This document shows, in pieces, positions 28,004-37,856 of a DNA stretch of 55,606 nucleotides. Numbering within the stretch: the stretch's first letter is position 1; each line of letters starts with the position of its first letter. The notes under the pieces were generated by a model that made no database searches, was not told the DNA's origin, and worked only from the letters and a program-made list of their open reading frames with translations. Origin of the DNA: Lachnospiraceae bacterium (lineage in GTDB: Bacteria; Bacillota; Clostridia; Lachnospirales; Lachnospiraceae); the NCBI GenBank assembly GCA_022797995.1, contig JAAWLQ010000001.1, positions 1 through 55,606 of the forward strand, in the 5' to 3' direction. A program made the translations under genes and the position numbers.

Positions 28004-29653
28004 ATGAAAGCTTTCTATTATATGAAGAAATACATTTGCAGAAACTGGAAATTATGGGTATGCGGCATTTTTCTTCCCGCATTTTTCAGCACTGCCACCA
28101 ATATATATTTTGCCGGCAGACTGCAGAATTACGTTATGATGCTGACGCAGCCCCGGACATCATTTCCGGATATTGTCAAAATGCTTTCCCTTTCTCTGCC
28201 TGTTCTGCTGCTGCTTTCGTGGATAGACAACGCAGGATTATGTGTCTTCTCCCTGTTTCTGGCTTCCACAGAAAATGAATTGAGATATGACTTTTACAAA
28301 AGTCTGGTGCGGGCACCGCTGAAAAATCTGCAACAGTTCAGCCAGGGACAACTGCTTACACGGTACAACACGGATATCGAGCAGAGCGCTCAGATTGTTT
28401 CTTATGACATTTTCGGAGTGATTTATCCGCTGATTGTCGGAACCGGATATACAGCCGCCGTTCTGCTGGCTGATGTCCGGATCGGATTCCTTATGCTCCT
28501 GCTGGGCGTGATCGTTATCCTGTTGAATTTTCTGTTTATGCGCAGAATCAAACGAGTACGGCTGGAAATTCTACAGGCAAAGGAAAGCTGTACATCCAAT
28601 TACAATGACGCTATAAAAGGGAAAATGAGTATCCGGCAATATTCTGCCCAAACCAGAATGTGTGATAAAATAGAAGCCGCGACTCAACGGCTTTATCAAA
28701 AGGAATGCGGCGCGGTCCGATTGGAAACATGGAAAGTTCTGACCTCTGATGCCGTGGCGAATGTCTGCATTTATTTGCTGACGCCCCTGGCCTGTGTTAT
28801 GGCATCCCGTGGATATCTTTCCGTGGCTGTGGTTTTGTTTATTCATCAATTATGTCGCTGCTTTATTATGTATACACAGAACTTTGCCGTCGCATTTATA
28901 CGTTATAGTGAGCATTCCTTATCTTTTAGCAGGATTCATTCGGTTATGTCTCTGAAAAACGAACTTACGGAACGGGATGACAACAGTTGTGAAAAGATTC
29001 CTCAAAATTTTGATGTGACGTTTGAAAATGTCTGTGCGGCATACGGGAGTCATCAGATCCTGAAGAATGTATCCTTCACCGTCTCCCCGGGAGAATGCAT
29101 CGGAATTGTGGGCGAAAGCGGCAGCGGGAAATCCACACTGATCAAGGCTCTGATGCAGCTGATAGATTATCAGGGCGAAATCCGCATCGGCGGCCAAAAC
29201 TGTAAGAATATTTCTCTGAATTTGCTGAGAAGTTGTATTGCGTATTCTCCGGAACATAATGATATCTTTCCCACTACCGTATTTGATAATATCCGGTATG
29301 GAGATTTCAATGCCACAGAAGATGAAATGAAACATGCCGCAGAGCTGGCAGGAATTGCAGCATCCGAAGAAGCTTTTTACAGGCGGAATATCGGTGAGAA
29401 TGGAGACCGGTTATCAGGCGGGCAAAGGCAAAGAGTCTCCCTTGCCCGCGCATTGCTGAAAAAAGCTCCCATCTATATTTTTGACGAGCCCACAGCCGCT
29501 CTGGACGCTGACTCGGAATCCGGAATATTGAGTACAATTTCCATGTTGAAGCAGCAGGGGAAGTGCATTCTGTTGATTACCCATAAAGCTTCTACCTTAC
29601 ATATTGCGGACCGGATTCTTCGTATTGAGGATGGAAAAATGTATCCTGTATAG
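28004..29653 (+). CDS. ABC exporter TMD+NBD subunit
   Basis: GESGSGKS, LSGGQRQR, IFDEPT, ITHK. Confidence 0.92.
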   Translation: MKAFYYMKKYICRNWKLWVCGIFLPAFFSTATNIYFAGRLQNYVMMLTQPRTSFPDIVKMLSLSLPVLLLLSWIDNAGLCVFSLFLASTENELRYDFYKSLVRAPLKNLQQFSQGQLLTRYNTDIEQSAQIVSYDIFGVIYPLIVGTGYTAAVLLADVRIGFLMLLLGVIVILLNFLFMRRIKRVRLEILQAKESCTSNYNDAIKGKMSIRQYSAQTRMCDKIEAATQRLYQKECGAVRLETWKVLTSDAVANVCIYLLTPLACVMASRGYLSVAVVLFIHQLCRCFIMYTQNFAVAFIRYSEHSLSFSRIHSVMSLKNELTERDDNSCEKIPQNFDVTFENVCAAYGSHQILKNVSFTVSPGECIGIVGESGSGKSTLIKALMQLIDYQGEIRIGGQNCKNISLNLLRSCIAYSPEHNDIFPTTVFDNIRYGDFNATEDEMKHAAELAGIAASEEAFYRRNIGENGDRLSGGQRQRVSLARALLKKAPIYIFDEPTAALDADSESGILSTISMLKQQGKCILLITHKASTLHIADRILRIEDGKMYPV

Positions 29654-29661
29654 CTTACTCC

Positions 29662-31986
29662 TTATTCTGTCCCGGCCTCCACAGCCTTTATCTGGTAAAC
29701 AAACTTCACCTTTCCCTCCATATCGTCCCCGATTCCCGCAAAGGACTGATATGCTTTCGCCGCATCCGTCGTTGCCCGAAGCCTTTCCACCAGGCCCTCA
29801 AGATCTCCGTCCATGGCCTCCACCAGCTTCTGAATTCCCTCTTCATCAAACTCCTGGAGGCCGTCTTTCAGTTGCAGCGCACCGTCCCTGAGCTTCGTAA
29901 TGCCCTCCGTAAGAGCCGGCGTAGAATTTTTCATGGTCTGAATCCCGGCGCAGAGCTCGGAAGTTCCGGCGTAAAGTTTCCCGGCGCCGCTTCTCAGCTC
30001 CCCTGTGCCCGCTGCCAGTTCTCCCGCTCCTGCCGCCGCCTCGGCCACACCTGCCGTGTAGGTTTGAAGCCCTTTATAAAACACATCATAACTGTCCAGT
30101 GAAGTCTTCAATGCAATGACTGATTTGGCTCCCTCCGACGCCGCATTCAGTTGATCCTGTACCGTGCTTCCTGCCATCTCCTCTGCAATTTTCTTCTGCA
30201 TCTCCAGCTCTATGGTATCCGCAATCTGATGTTTGATTTCCTCACTTTCCATCGTGGCGGACACATTGGCCTCTACCTGGGCCTTGCCTTCGCCTTCACG
30301 CATCTGCTTCTCTATCATGGTGGAAATCTGGCCTCTGACTGCCTCTGATTCCATCTGCATCTTGATGTTTTCGTTTACCTGTTCCTGCATTTCTGCTGTT
30401 ATCGTTCCCGCCGCCACGGCTTTATCATAGTCTTCCTTTGTCATGGCTCCATTGGTGGCGGCTTTGATGACCTGTTCCGCAACCTGCTCCCGGAAGGCAG
30501 CTGTTACCTTTTCCGTTACACCCTCGGTAACGGCCGCCGTCACCTTTTCCGTCACCGCATCCTTTACCGCTGATGTGACAGCCGTTTCAAACTGGGCACG
30601 GTTCTTCTCCACCTCTGCGGTGACAAAGCCCAGCGCCTGCTGGTAAACTGCGTCTCCATCCAGCGAGGCAATAGCGGCGTTCAGTACCTCGCCATAATTG
30701 TCAATGGTCATGGCGGGAACATCCAGCCCGGCTGCTTTCAGCTGGGTCTGCGCAGTGGAAAGCAAGGTCTCAAACACCTGCTTCGCACCACCGTTTAATT
30801 CCCCGTTATTTGCCGTCAATGTATTCAGTCCTGTCTGCAGCTTTGCCGCGCCTTCCTGCAGTCTGGCGGCCCCTTCTTCCAGCGTGCCTGCGCCGTTGTG
30901 CAGCTCCCCTGCCCCTGCGGCCAGCCGATCCACACCTTTTATCAGCTCATCCGACTTATCAAGCAGCGTGCAGAGCCCGTCATATAACTGTGAGGAACCA
31001 TCCTCCAGCTGTCCCATAGCATCGGTCAGCTGTTCCAGCGCTTCTCCCAGCTCTCCTGTAATATCCTTATCCTCCATGTCTATGCCGCCGAACACCTCAC
31101 TGGAAGCTACTGCCATTATCATCCCGGACTCAAAATTCACCACATCCGCCGTAATCTCCAGATAATCCGGAATATCCAGTTTCTCTCTGTCCAATGCCAG
31201 GTTCTCCTGCAGCCCGGGAAACGCAGCTCCCACAACGGCAGTCCGATCGCCATCGTTTATCAGCTTACCGTTGGTCACCTCCACATTACGGAATACCTCC
31301 GTATCCAGAACCATTCCCGTCATTACGGCGAAAGGTACATAAATCTTCGTCCTCACACCATCGACTTCCACATATTCGAACTGTCTGTTTTCATAGTCAA
31401 AGCGAATGGTCACCTTACCGCTTTTTCCTGCCAGCGCTTCGGGAGTGATCTTCTTCCCGTCCAGCGTGTAGGTAACGGCTATATCCACCGGCAGTTCCTT
31501 TTCAATATTTCCCTGATAATAAATATCCTTGCCCTTCGCGTCCCAGACCTGGGTGCTGTCCGTACCCGTTGTGCAGGTTTCATCTCCTTTTACATTCTCC
31601 ACATCAGTCAATTCTGACCTGTCCTTTATGGTATCCGCACCGGCGGCATTCTGCAGCCAGTCGCTTACAATGATTTTTTCTGGGCTTCCGTCCGACCCGG
31701 CCAGAATGTAGACCGTCTCCTCCTTCGATATATCCGCCTCTCTGCCTGTTTTTACCGTATCTTTGCCTTTCGCAGCTTCTTTCTCTTTCGTTGTACTCTC
31801 CGTGTCTTTATTCCCTGCCTCGTTCTCTGCACGATCTGCCTGGTCTGTCTTCCCTGTACTTTCAGCCGCCTTTACCGCTTCCTGGCTTTCTCCTGCCGCC
31901 AATGCCCGAATCCCCTGTCCGGCTCCGCCGCAAACCATTGCACCGCATATCATCATAGCAATTATTTTCTCTGTCCTCTTTTTCAT
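29662..31986 (-). CDS. YhgE/Pip-like secreted or membrane-anchored coiled-coil protein (xxxLxxG heptad repeats)
   Basis: Signal-like N-terminus, KEETVY, LAGKSGKVTIRF, repeated L..GA..L..G heptads; coupled to MMPL. Confidence 0.75.
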   Translation of the reverse strand: MKKRTEKIIAMMICGAMVCGGAGQGIRALAAGESQEAVKAAESTGKTDQADRAENEAGNKDTESTTKEKEAAKGKDTVKTGREADISKEETVYILAGSDGSPEKIIVSDWLQNAAGADTIKDRSELTDVENVKGDETCTTGTDSTQVWDAKGKDIYYQGNIEKELPVDIAVTYTLDGKKITPEALAGKSGKVTIRFDYENRQFEYVEVDGVRTKIYVPFAVMTGMVLDTEVFRNVEVTNGKLINDGDRTAVVGAAFPGLQENLALDREKLDIPDYLEITADVVNFESGMIMAVASSEVFGGIDMEDKDITGELGEALEQLTDAMGQLEDGSSQLYDGLCTLLDKSDELIKGVDRLAAGAGELHNGAGTLEEGAARLQEGAAKLQTGLNTLTANNGELNGGAKQVFETLLSTAQTQLKAAGLDVPAMTIDNYGEVLNAAIASLDGDAVYQQALGFVTAEVEKNRAQFETAVTSAVKDAVTEKVTAAVTEGVTEKVTAAFREQVAEQVIKAATNGAMTKEDYDKAVAAGTITAEMQEQVNENIKMQMESEAVRGQISTMIEKQMREGEGKAQVEANVSATMESEEIKHQIADTIELEMQKKIAEEMAGSTVQDQLNAASEGAKSVIALKTSLDSYDVFYKGLQTYTAGVAEAAAGAGELAAGTGELRSGAGKLYAGTSELCAGIQTMKNSTPALTEGITKLRDGALQLKDGLQEFDEEGIQKLVEAMDGDLEGLVERLRATTDAAKAYQSFAGIGDDMEGKVKFVYQIKAVEAGTE

Positions 31987-34088
31987 GATACAGTTACCTC
32001 CACCATTTTCTTATTCCTTTTTCCCGTACCTTTCATTCCTATGGTTGTTACACAAATCAGCCCATCGCAGAGTACAAGCAGCGCCGGCAGGATGAAAATA
32101 ACCGACAGCATACTGACCACGGCTCCTCGTGCCATCAGCATACACATGGAGCTGATAATGTCGATATTCGAATAAAGTGCCACACCGAAAGTTGCCGCAA
32201 ACAATCCCATTCCGGATACAAGAATAGAAGGAATGGAAGTACTGAGCGCGGTTCCCACAGCCTTTTTCCTGTCAATGCCCTGCATGCGTTCCGCCTTGTA
32301 CCTGGTTGTCATCAGAATCGCATAATCAACCGTGGCGCCCAGCTGAATCGTGCTGATACAGATAGGGGCGATAAAAGGCAGGCTCTGTCCCAGGTAATGC
32401 GGCAGGCCCAGGTTAATAAATATGGCCAGCTCAATCACCGATATCAGAATGAACGGCAGAGAAATGCTTTTCTCCACCAGGGCAATGATAATGAAAATTG
32501 CCAGAATGGACACCGTATTGACCACCTTAAAGTCATGATCTGTGGTTTCAATCATATCCTTCATGCAGGGTGCTTCCCCGATCAACATACCGCCTTTGTC
32601 ATATCTCTTCAGAATATAATTCAGCTCGTTAATCTGTCCGTTTACCTCGTCACTGGCAACCTTGTATTCAGAATTAATCAGCATCAGTTCCCATTTGTCA
32701 CTCTTCAATATCTCTGTGACGGACTTTGGCAGAAATTCCTCCGGAATACGGGAACCCACCAGAGATTCCAGGCCCAGGATGTACTTTACGCCATCGACGC
32801 TTTCCATTTCTCTGACCATATTCCGCACTTCTTTCGGAGACAGATCTGTATCAATCAACAGCATGTGGGTTGATGCAATATCAAACTCTTCCTTCAATTT
32901 AGAATTTGCAATCACATATTCCATGTCCTGGGGCAGGCACTCCCCCATATCATAGTAAACCTCCCCATTTGTTTTGCTGTACCCATAATAAGCAGGGACC
33001 GCCAGCAGCACGAAAATCACCAGGAATATCGGGAAAGCTTTCACTGTGCCTTTCGCCAGGCCCCCCATATCCGGAATCAAAGATTTATGCCTGGTTTTCT
33101 GCAATGGTTTATCCAATACCAGAATCAATGCCGGCAATACGGTAACGCAGCCCAGGACTCCCAGCAATACGCCTTTTGCCATGACAATGCCCAAATCCCT
33201 CCCCATGGTAAAGGACATGAAACACAGAGCGATAAATCCGGCAACCGTAGTAATGGAGCTTCCGATAACGCTGGTCAGTGTCTCCCCGATAGCCGCTTCC
33301 ATGGCCGCTTTGGTATCACTGTTCTTCTCCCTCTGTTCGTTGTAGCTGTGCCACAGGAAAATGGAGTAGTCCATGGTGACTGCCAGCTGCAATACGGCTG
33401 ACAATGCCTTCGTAATATAAGAAATCTCACCCAGGAATAAATTGGAGCCCAGGTTCAGTAGAATCATGATGCCGATAGAAGCCAGAAATACAAAGGGTAC
33501 CAGCCAGCTGTCCAGCAGCACCAGCATTGCGGCACAGGCCAGCGCCACAGCGATTCCCACATAAATCGGCTCCTCCTTCTCGCAAAGGTCCTTCAAGTCT
33601 GTCACAAGTGCCGACATACCGGATACATAGCATTGCTTTCCACAGATTGCCCGAACATCCCGAATGGCATCCATAGTGATATCAGCGGATGTGGCACTGT
33701 CAAAGAAAACAGCCATCATAGTGGAGTGTTCCGTGTTAAACTCACGGTAGATTTTATCCGGCAGCAGCTCCATCGGCACTGAAATGTCCATCAAAGTGTC
33801 ATACCAGATTACGGTCTCCACATGTTCCACCTGTTCAATCTGTTTTTTCAGCGCCGCCACATCCTTATCCGGCATATCCTCTATGATAAGGAAGGAAAAC
33901 GCTCCTTTTCCGAACTCATCCATCAATTCGTTCTGCCCGATTACGGTGTCCATATCCTCCGGCAGATAATCCAGCATGTCATAATTGATTCTCGTTCCTG
34001 CCATTCCCAGCACTGCCGGCACTGACAGCACAAGCGCCAGGACGAGAATTCCGATTCGGTATTTTACCACTGTTTTTGAGAAACGCAT
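31983..34088 (-). CDS. MMPL/RND-family transporter
   Basis: Two halves with LQLAVTMDYSIFL and IQLGATVDYAIL motifs; multiple TMs. Confidence 0.9.
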   Translation of the reverse strand: MRFSKTVVKYRIGILVLALVLSVPAVLGMAGTRINYDMLDYLPEDMDTVIGQNELMDEFGKGAFSFLIIEDMPDKDVAALKKQIEQVEHVETVIWYDTLMDISVPMELLPDKIYREFNTEHSTMMAVFFDSATSADITMDAIRDVRAICGKQCYVSGMSALVTDLKDLCEKEEPIYVGIAVALACAAMLVLLDSWLVPFVFLASIGIMILLNLGSNLFLGEISYITKALSAVLQLAVTMDYSIFLWHSYNEQREKNSDTKAAMEAAIGETLTSVIGSSITTVAGFIALCFMSFTMGRDLGIVMAKGVLLGVLGCVTVLPALILVLDKPLQKTRHKSLIPDMGGLAKGTVKAFPIFLVIFVLLAVPAYYGYSKTNGEVYYDMGECLPQDMEYVIANSKLKEEFDIASTHMLLIDTDLSPKEVRNMVREMESVDGVKYILGLESLVGSRIPEEFLPKSVTEILKSDKWELMLINSEYKVASDEVNGQINELNYILKRYDKGGMLIGEAPCMKDMIETTDHDFKVVNTVSILAIFIIIALVEKSISLPFILISVIELAIFINLGLPHYLGQSLPFIAPICISTIQLGATVDYAILMTTRYKAERMQGIDRKKAVGTALSTSIPSILVSGMGLFAATFGVALYSNIDIISSMCMLMARGAVVSMLSVIFILPALLVLCDGLICVTTIGMKGTGKRNKKMVEVTVS

Positions 34089-34168
34089 TTCATATCAATC
34101 CTTTCTTTTTTCATTTTTACAGTCTGCGGGCAATTCCCTTTATTGCTTTACTTTGCTGCTTTCCTTTT

Positions 34169-34765
34169 CTACCACACTTCTTTATATTCAATCTCCACTG
34201 TATCCGGTCGCTGATGTCTGACAATCTTAACTGTGCTGATCACCACACAGAGATTCAGGACTCCCTCCGCCAGCAGCGAGATACCAAGGAGTACTGTCAG
34301 CACCTGTGCACTCTCCACCGGCCGGAATACCAGCAGTAACCCTGCAAACACAGTCAGAACAGCAAAAAGCAATACCATCCACCATGTGTCAATTCCAAAC
34401 CTTCTGGAGTCCAGAGAGATTTGTATCTTAAACAGTCCGTCCGCAAGAATCGCTACCCCCAGTGCAATGAAGACAAAGTTCATTATGCTTTCCGATTTAA
34501 CCAGGACAATCAGTCCAAGGATGATCAGCAGAATACCAAACTCCAGATCATACTGAAACGCCAGCCGGAATAAGTCTCTGGAAAAATATCCGACCAGCTT
34601 GATACAGCCGAAGAGGAGCATCGCCGCTCCCAGCAGACGTCCGATCGTCAGTACGGATGAGTCCGGTCGGATGACACACAACAGACCGACCGCACAAAAT
34701 ACAGCCGACATTACAATGTAACCGGTTTTTGCAATCTTCATGGGAATTACAGAACGCATCTTCAT
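34169..34765 (-). CDS. DUF308/HdeD-family membrane protein
   Basis: Repeated TM hairpins (GLLCVIRP, GLIVLVKS, GLLLVFRP); AGGAGG RBS. Confidence 0.8.
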   Translation of the reverse strand: MKMRSVIPMKIAKTGYIVMSAVFCAVGLLCVIRPDSSVLTIGRLLGAAMLLFGCIKLVGYFSRDLFRLAFQYDLEFGILLIILGLIVLVKSESIMNFVFIALGVAILADGLFKIQISLDSRRFGIDTWWMVLLFAVLTVFAGLLLVFRPVESAQVLTVLLGISLLAEGVLNLCVVISTVKIVRHQRPDTVEIEYKEVW

Positions 34766-34785
34766 GATAAGGTCCTCCTATTTAT

Positions 34786-34808
34786 AGTCGCTGCGCGACG
34801 GCACTAAA
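34786..34808 (-). repeat. 23-bp dispersed repeat with GCA-triloop hairpin, copy 2
   Basis: AGTCGCTGCGCGACGGCACTAAA is the reverse complement of 14230-14252. Confidence 0.75.
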
Positions 34809-34951
34809 GGGTAAAGTCATCTGCTGATCGAAAGTCGCCGCGTCATTCCCTCGCTTCATGATGCCAGTATAGCAAAGGGACTTTCTTCTGAAAATCGTCA
34901 TTGCCAGCCCCATGCCCAAAATTAAAACACTGACAGAAAAAAGCCCAAAAA

Positions 34952-35002
34952 ACAGACACCGGGCAAAAAATGTCTAAAAGACAAATTTCGTCCGGTGTCT
35001 GT
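34952..35002. promoter_or_regulatory. Long inverted repeat: TetR operator pair and/or terminator upstream of the DUF308-MMPL operon
   Basis: ACAGACACCGG-GCAAAAAATGTCT-AAA-AGACAAATTTCGT-CCGGTGTCTGT; two AGACA...TGTCT units. Confidence 0.55.
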
Positions 35003-35048
35003 ATCTGCTCCGCAGCACCCTCTATCTGAGTCATACTGTTCTGCTGTT

Positions 35049-35639
35049 TTACTTTGTTCCTGATTTTACTTTACTCTCTGCTCCGGATTCCTGGCTGCGT
35101 TCAATCATTTTGTCCATCAGACCCTTGCGCAGCTCACAGAGGCGTTTCACCCGATCAGGCATGTCACTGTTCATCCCACTGTTCATCCATTCGATTACCA
35201 CGCCAAAGCATTCGCATTTGTAGAACTGTATAATCACATCCTTATCCGATTCCGCAATCTCCTTACCCGCAAAAGCCACTTCCCCATATGTGGACACAAC
35301 ATGCTGGCATACCTTCCACAGATATTGCTCATAAATTGCCCGGTTGGTGGAATTATAAATATGAAGAACGGCACGTCTGTTTTCCCTTGCAAATGCCAGG
35401 GCCGCCATGAGGCAGGTTTCGATGGAATCGATGGACGGATACTGCGCGATAATCCGGTCTGCCTCCTCTGTCACAATCTCCTCAATCAGAGCGGGAATAT
35501 CCTGAAAATGATAGTAAAAGGAATTTCTGTTTACTCCGCAGGTTTCCACAATGTCCTTTACAGTAATCTGACTCAGGGGCTTCTCATTAAGAAGTTTGAT
35601 AAATGTCGCCTTAATGGCCATTTTTGTAAAATTGGGCAT
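35049..35639 (-). CDS. TetR-family regulator (DhaS/TetR_C_8-like)
   Basis: ITVKDIVETCGVNRNSFYYHFQDI HTH. Confidence 0.9.
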   Translation of the reverse strand: MPNFTKMAIKATFIKLLNEKPLSQITVKDIVETCGVNRNSFYYHFQDIPALIEEIVTEEADRIIAQYPSIDSIETCLMAALAFARENRRAVLHIYNSTNRAIYEQYLWKVCQHVVSTYGEVAFAGKEIAESDKDVIIQFYKCECFGVVIEWMNSGMNSDMPDRVKRLCELRKGLMDKMIERSQESGAESKVKSGTK

Positions 35640-35727
35640 CTCTCACATCTCCAATGATAAATTTCTCTGCCCAAATTGTAACGTAATGGCTCCTGATTTT
35701 CAATATATACAGAATAAAATCTTTATT

Positions 35728-36381
35728 CTAAAATTCCTTCTTGTTCATAATTCCAATACTGATTCTGCAGGAAATGCCCAATACAATAATGCCCGCCGCC
35801 AACGCCGCCACGGCGGCCAGCTCCGGCTTCTGCTCGATTTGACCGAACCAGTTCGTCAGAGCGAGAGGAATGGATTTCCCCGATTTCACCACCGCCACTC
35901 CAATGGCAAAAATCAGGAAGGTCATCACAACAATGATAATTCTTGCTTTTTCTGCGCCGAATTTCAATTCAATGGGAAGCAGAATGCTCAATATAATCAT
36001 CATCAATGGAAATTCCACGAAGACATTGGCCAATATATACGGGGCAGAAAAAGCTCCTTTCGCCGCACTTGCCACACAAGTCAGGGCCGCACCGAACAGA
36101 CACAGAACACTTCCGCCCAAAAGGCCGAACACATACTTTTCCACCACATATCCCTTTCTGGTAATGGGCAGGGAAAACAAAAAAGCATTTCCATTGTCGG
36201 CTCCGTCATAGCTGAGTGTATTCATGGTATACATTACGCCGATAAAGGTCAGATAGGTAATCACAAAACTGGGATCCGTCCCGCCCATAACCACCATGAC
36301 CGCTATTACTCCGACCATCAACAGTGCATTCCTCTGCATCATCATCAATTTCAGATCTTTTATTAATAACCCCGTCATCAT
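35728..36381 (-). CDS. ABC-2 transporter permease
   Basis: GLLIKDL, FSLPITRKGYVVEKY, KFG.EK, KKEF end. Confidence 0.88.
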   Translation of the reverse strand: MMTGLLIKDLKLMMMQRNALLMVGVIAVMVVMGGTDPSFVITYLTFIGVMYTMNTLSYDGADNGNAFLFSLPITRKGYVVEKYVFGLLGGSVLCLFGAALTCVASAAKGAFSAPYILANVFVEFPLMMIILSILLPIELKFGAEKARIIIVVMTFLIFAIGVAVVKSGKSIPLALTNWFGQIEQKPELAAVAALAAGIIVLGISCRISIGIMNKKEF

Positions 36382-37232
36382 GCAGCCCCCTTTATCATCA
36401 TCATTATCACTTCGTCAACAGTTCCCTTCTCTATGGCAAGCGCCGGATAGTTTTCCCGATAAAACTGTACCTGGTTGGTCAGACAGCTATATCCGAAGCT
36501 TTCCTTTTTATAGCGCAGAATATACTGTTTCTCCAGATCAGCATATTGCTTCTCACTTACCTTGAGCAGCGCATAATCGCTCAGCAGCACATCCGTATCC
36601 TCATGCAGGATAATCTTGCCCTCATGTATCATATACAAATCGTCGCACAGAGTCTCCAGGTCGCTGGAAATATGCGAACTGATCAAAATCGCCCGTTCTT
36701 CTTCCTTTTCCATGAACTCCCGCAGCAGTTCCACCACCTCATCTCTGGCCACCACATCCAGTCCTGCGGTAGGTTCATCAAGGATCAGCAGTCTGGCATT
36801 GTGAGAAACTGCCGTAATCACTTTCAGCTTTGCTTTCATTCCTGTGGAAAATTCCTTAAATTTCTTATCCTCGGGCAGCTGAAATCTTCGAGCCTGTTCC
36901 AGAAAAAATGCCTTGTCAAAATTATCATAAAGATGCTCCAGTATAGGCACAATGTCTTTCATAGTCAGATACCCGCTGAATCCGGAGTCCGCCAGCACCA
37001 CCCCCAGCTCCTGCCTGTCTTTCACATTAAATTCCTGCGGAGTTTTCCCCAGAACCCGCACTGTTCCGCCTTCTGTGGAAATCAATCCCAGCGCCGCCTT
37101 AAATGTGGTACTTTTCCCGGAACCGTTCTGTCCCACCAGACCCGTCACGCAGCCCGGCCGGATTTCCATGGTACAGTCCAACGAAAAAGTACCGTATGTC
37201 TTCCTTAAATGTTCCATCTTCAACATTGTCAT
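36378..37232 (-). CDS. ABC transporter ATP-binding protein
   Basis: GQNGSGKS, FSTGMKAK, ILDEPT, SSHI. Confidence 0.93.
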   Translation of the reverse strand: MTMLKMEHLRKTYGTFSLDCTMEIRPGCVTGLVGQNGSGKSTTFKAALGLISTEGGTVRVLGKTPQEFNVKDRQELGVVLADSGFSGYLTMKDIVPILEHLYDNFDKAFFLEQARRFQLPEDKKFKEFSTGMKAKLKVITAVSHNARLLILDEPTAGLDVVARDEVVELLREFMEKEEERAILISSHISSDLETLCDDLYMIHEGKIILHEDTDVLLSDYALLKVSEKQYADLEKQYILRYKKESFGYSCLTNQVQFYRENYPALAIEKGTVDEVIMMMIKGAA

Positions 37233-37600
37233 CCCTCCAAAATCAATTCAAATAAACTTCTGATATCTTCCTTGCTGATTCCGTATCTTCTGCCCTTCTG
37301 AATCGCCATCTCCAGATCCGCTTCCAGTTCCTTTTTCTGTTCCTCCAGCAGCAGCTCCGCGTTGGCCGCGGCTATGTAGGTTCCCTTTCCGTGAACGGTT
37401 ACCACGAATCCTTCCGCCTCCAGATTGTCATAGGCTTTTTTCACTGTTAAAGCACTGATTTTCAGCTCCTTCGACAGCGTCCGAACTGAAGGCAGAATAT
37501 CATTTTCCGCTAATTCTCCGTTGCGTATCATGGTTTTAATCTGGTCTGTAATCTGCTCATACAGAGGCACCATCAGAGAAGAATTGATAATAATGCGCAT
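37229..37600 (-). CDS. GntR-family (YtrA subfamily) regulator
   Basis: PLYEQI...LPSVRTLSKELKISALTVKKAY...GKGTY; start MRIII after a G-rich RBS. Confidence 0.92.
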   Translation of the reverse strand: MRIIINSSLMVPLYEQITDQIKTMIRNGELAENDILPSVRTLSKELKISALTVKKAYDNLEAEGFVVTVHGKGTYIAAANAELLLEEQKKELEADLEMAIQKGRRYGISKEDIRSLFELILEG

Positions 37601-37619
37601 TTGTTTTACCCCCCCTATG

Positions 37620-37669
37620 TATAACAGCATATAACAGTATGCATCTGTTGTCAAGTGTTATATACTGTT
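37620..37669 (-). promoter_or_regulatory. GntR operon promoter with YtrA-type operator repeats
   Basis: Minus strand TTGACA(37654-37649)-17-TATGCT; TATAACAG repeats at 37620 and 37630 and an inverted TGTTATATACTGTT at 37656-37669. Confidence 0.65.
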
Positions 37670-37746
37670 TATTTTAAGAGTTTAACATTCCTGCTTTTTT
37701 GATTTCCCTTTCTGTAATTTACCGATGATTCATAAGCTGTTCTTTT

Positions 37747-37779
37747 GTCTACTTGCGCTGTCAAAACGTCCATTTGTGC
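37747..37779 (+). promoter_or_regulatory. Putative LytTR box
   Basis: GTCTACTTGCGC / GTCCATTTGTGC with a 21-bp period upstream of the second LytTR gene. Confidence 0.45.
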
Positions 37780-37856
37780 AATAGCTCTCAAGTTCTGCAC
37801 TTTTTGACCGATACACGAAGTAAAATGTATAAAGCACTTTTGTTTGTGCAGGAGGT

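Noticed and set aside
34843-35034. 63-aa intergenic ORF
   Set aside because: Runs through the operator-like inverted repeat and promoter region; no recognisable motif.
36324-37208. 294-aa antisense ORF
   Set aside because: Shadow of the ABC ATPase gene.
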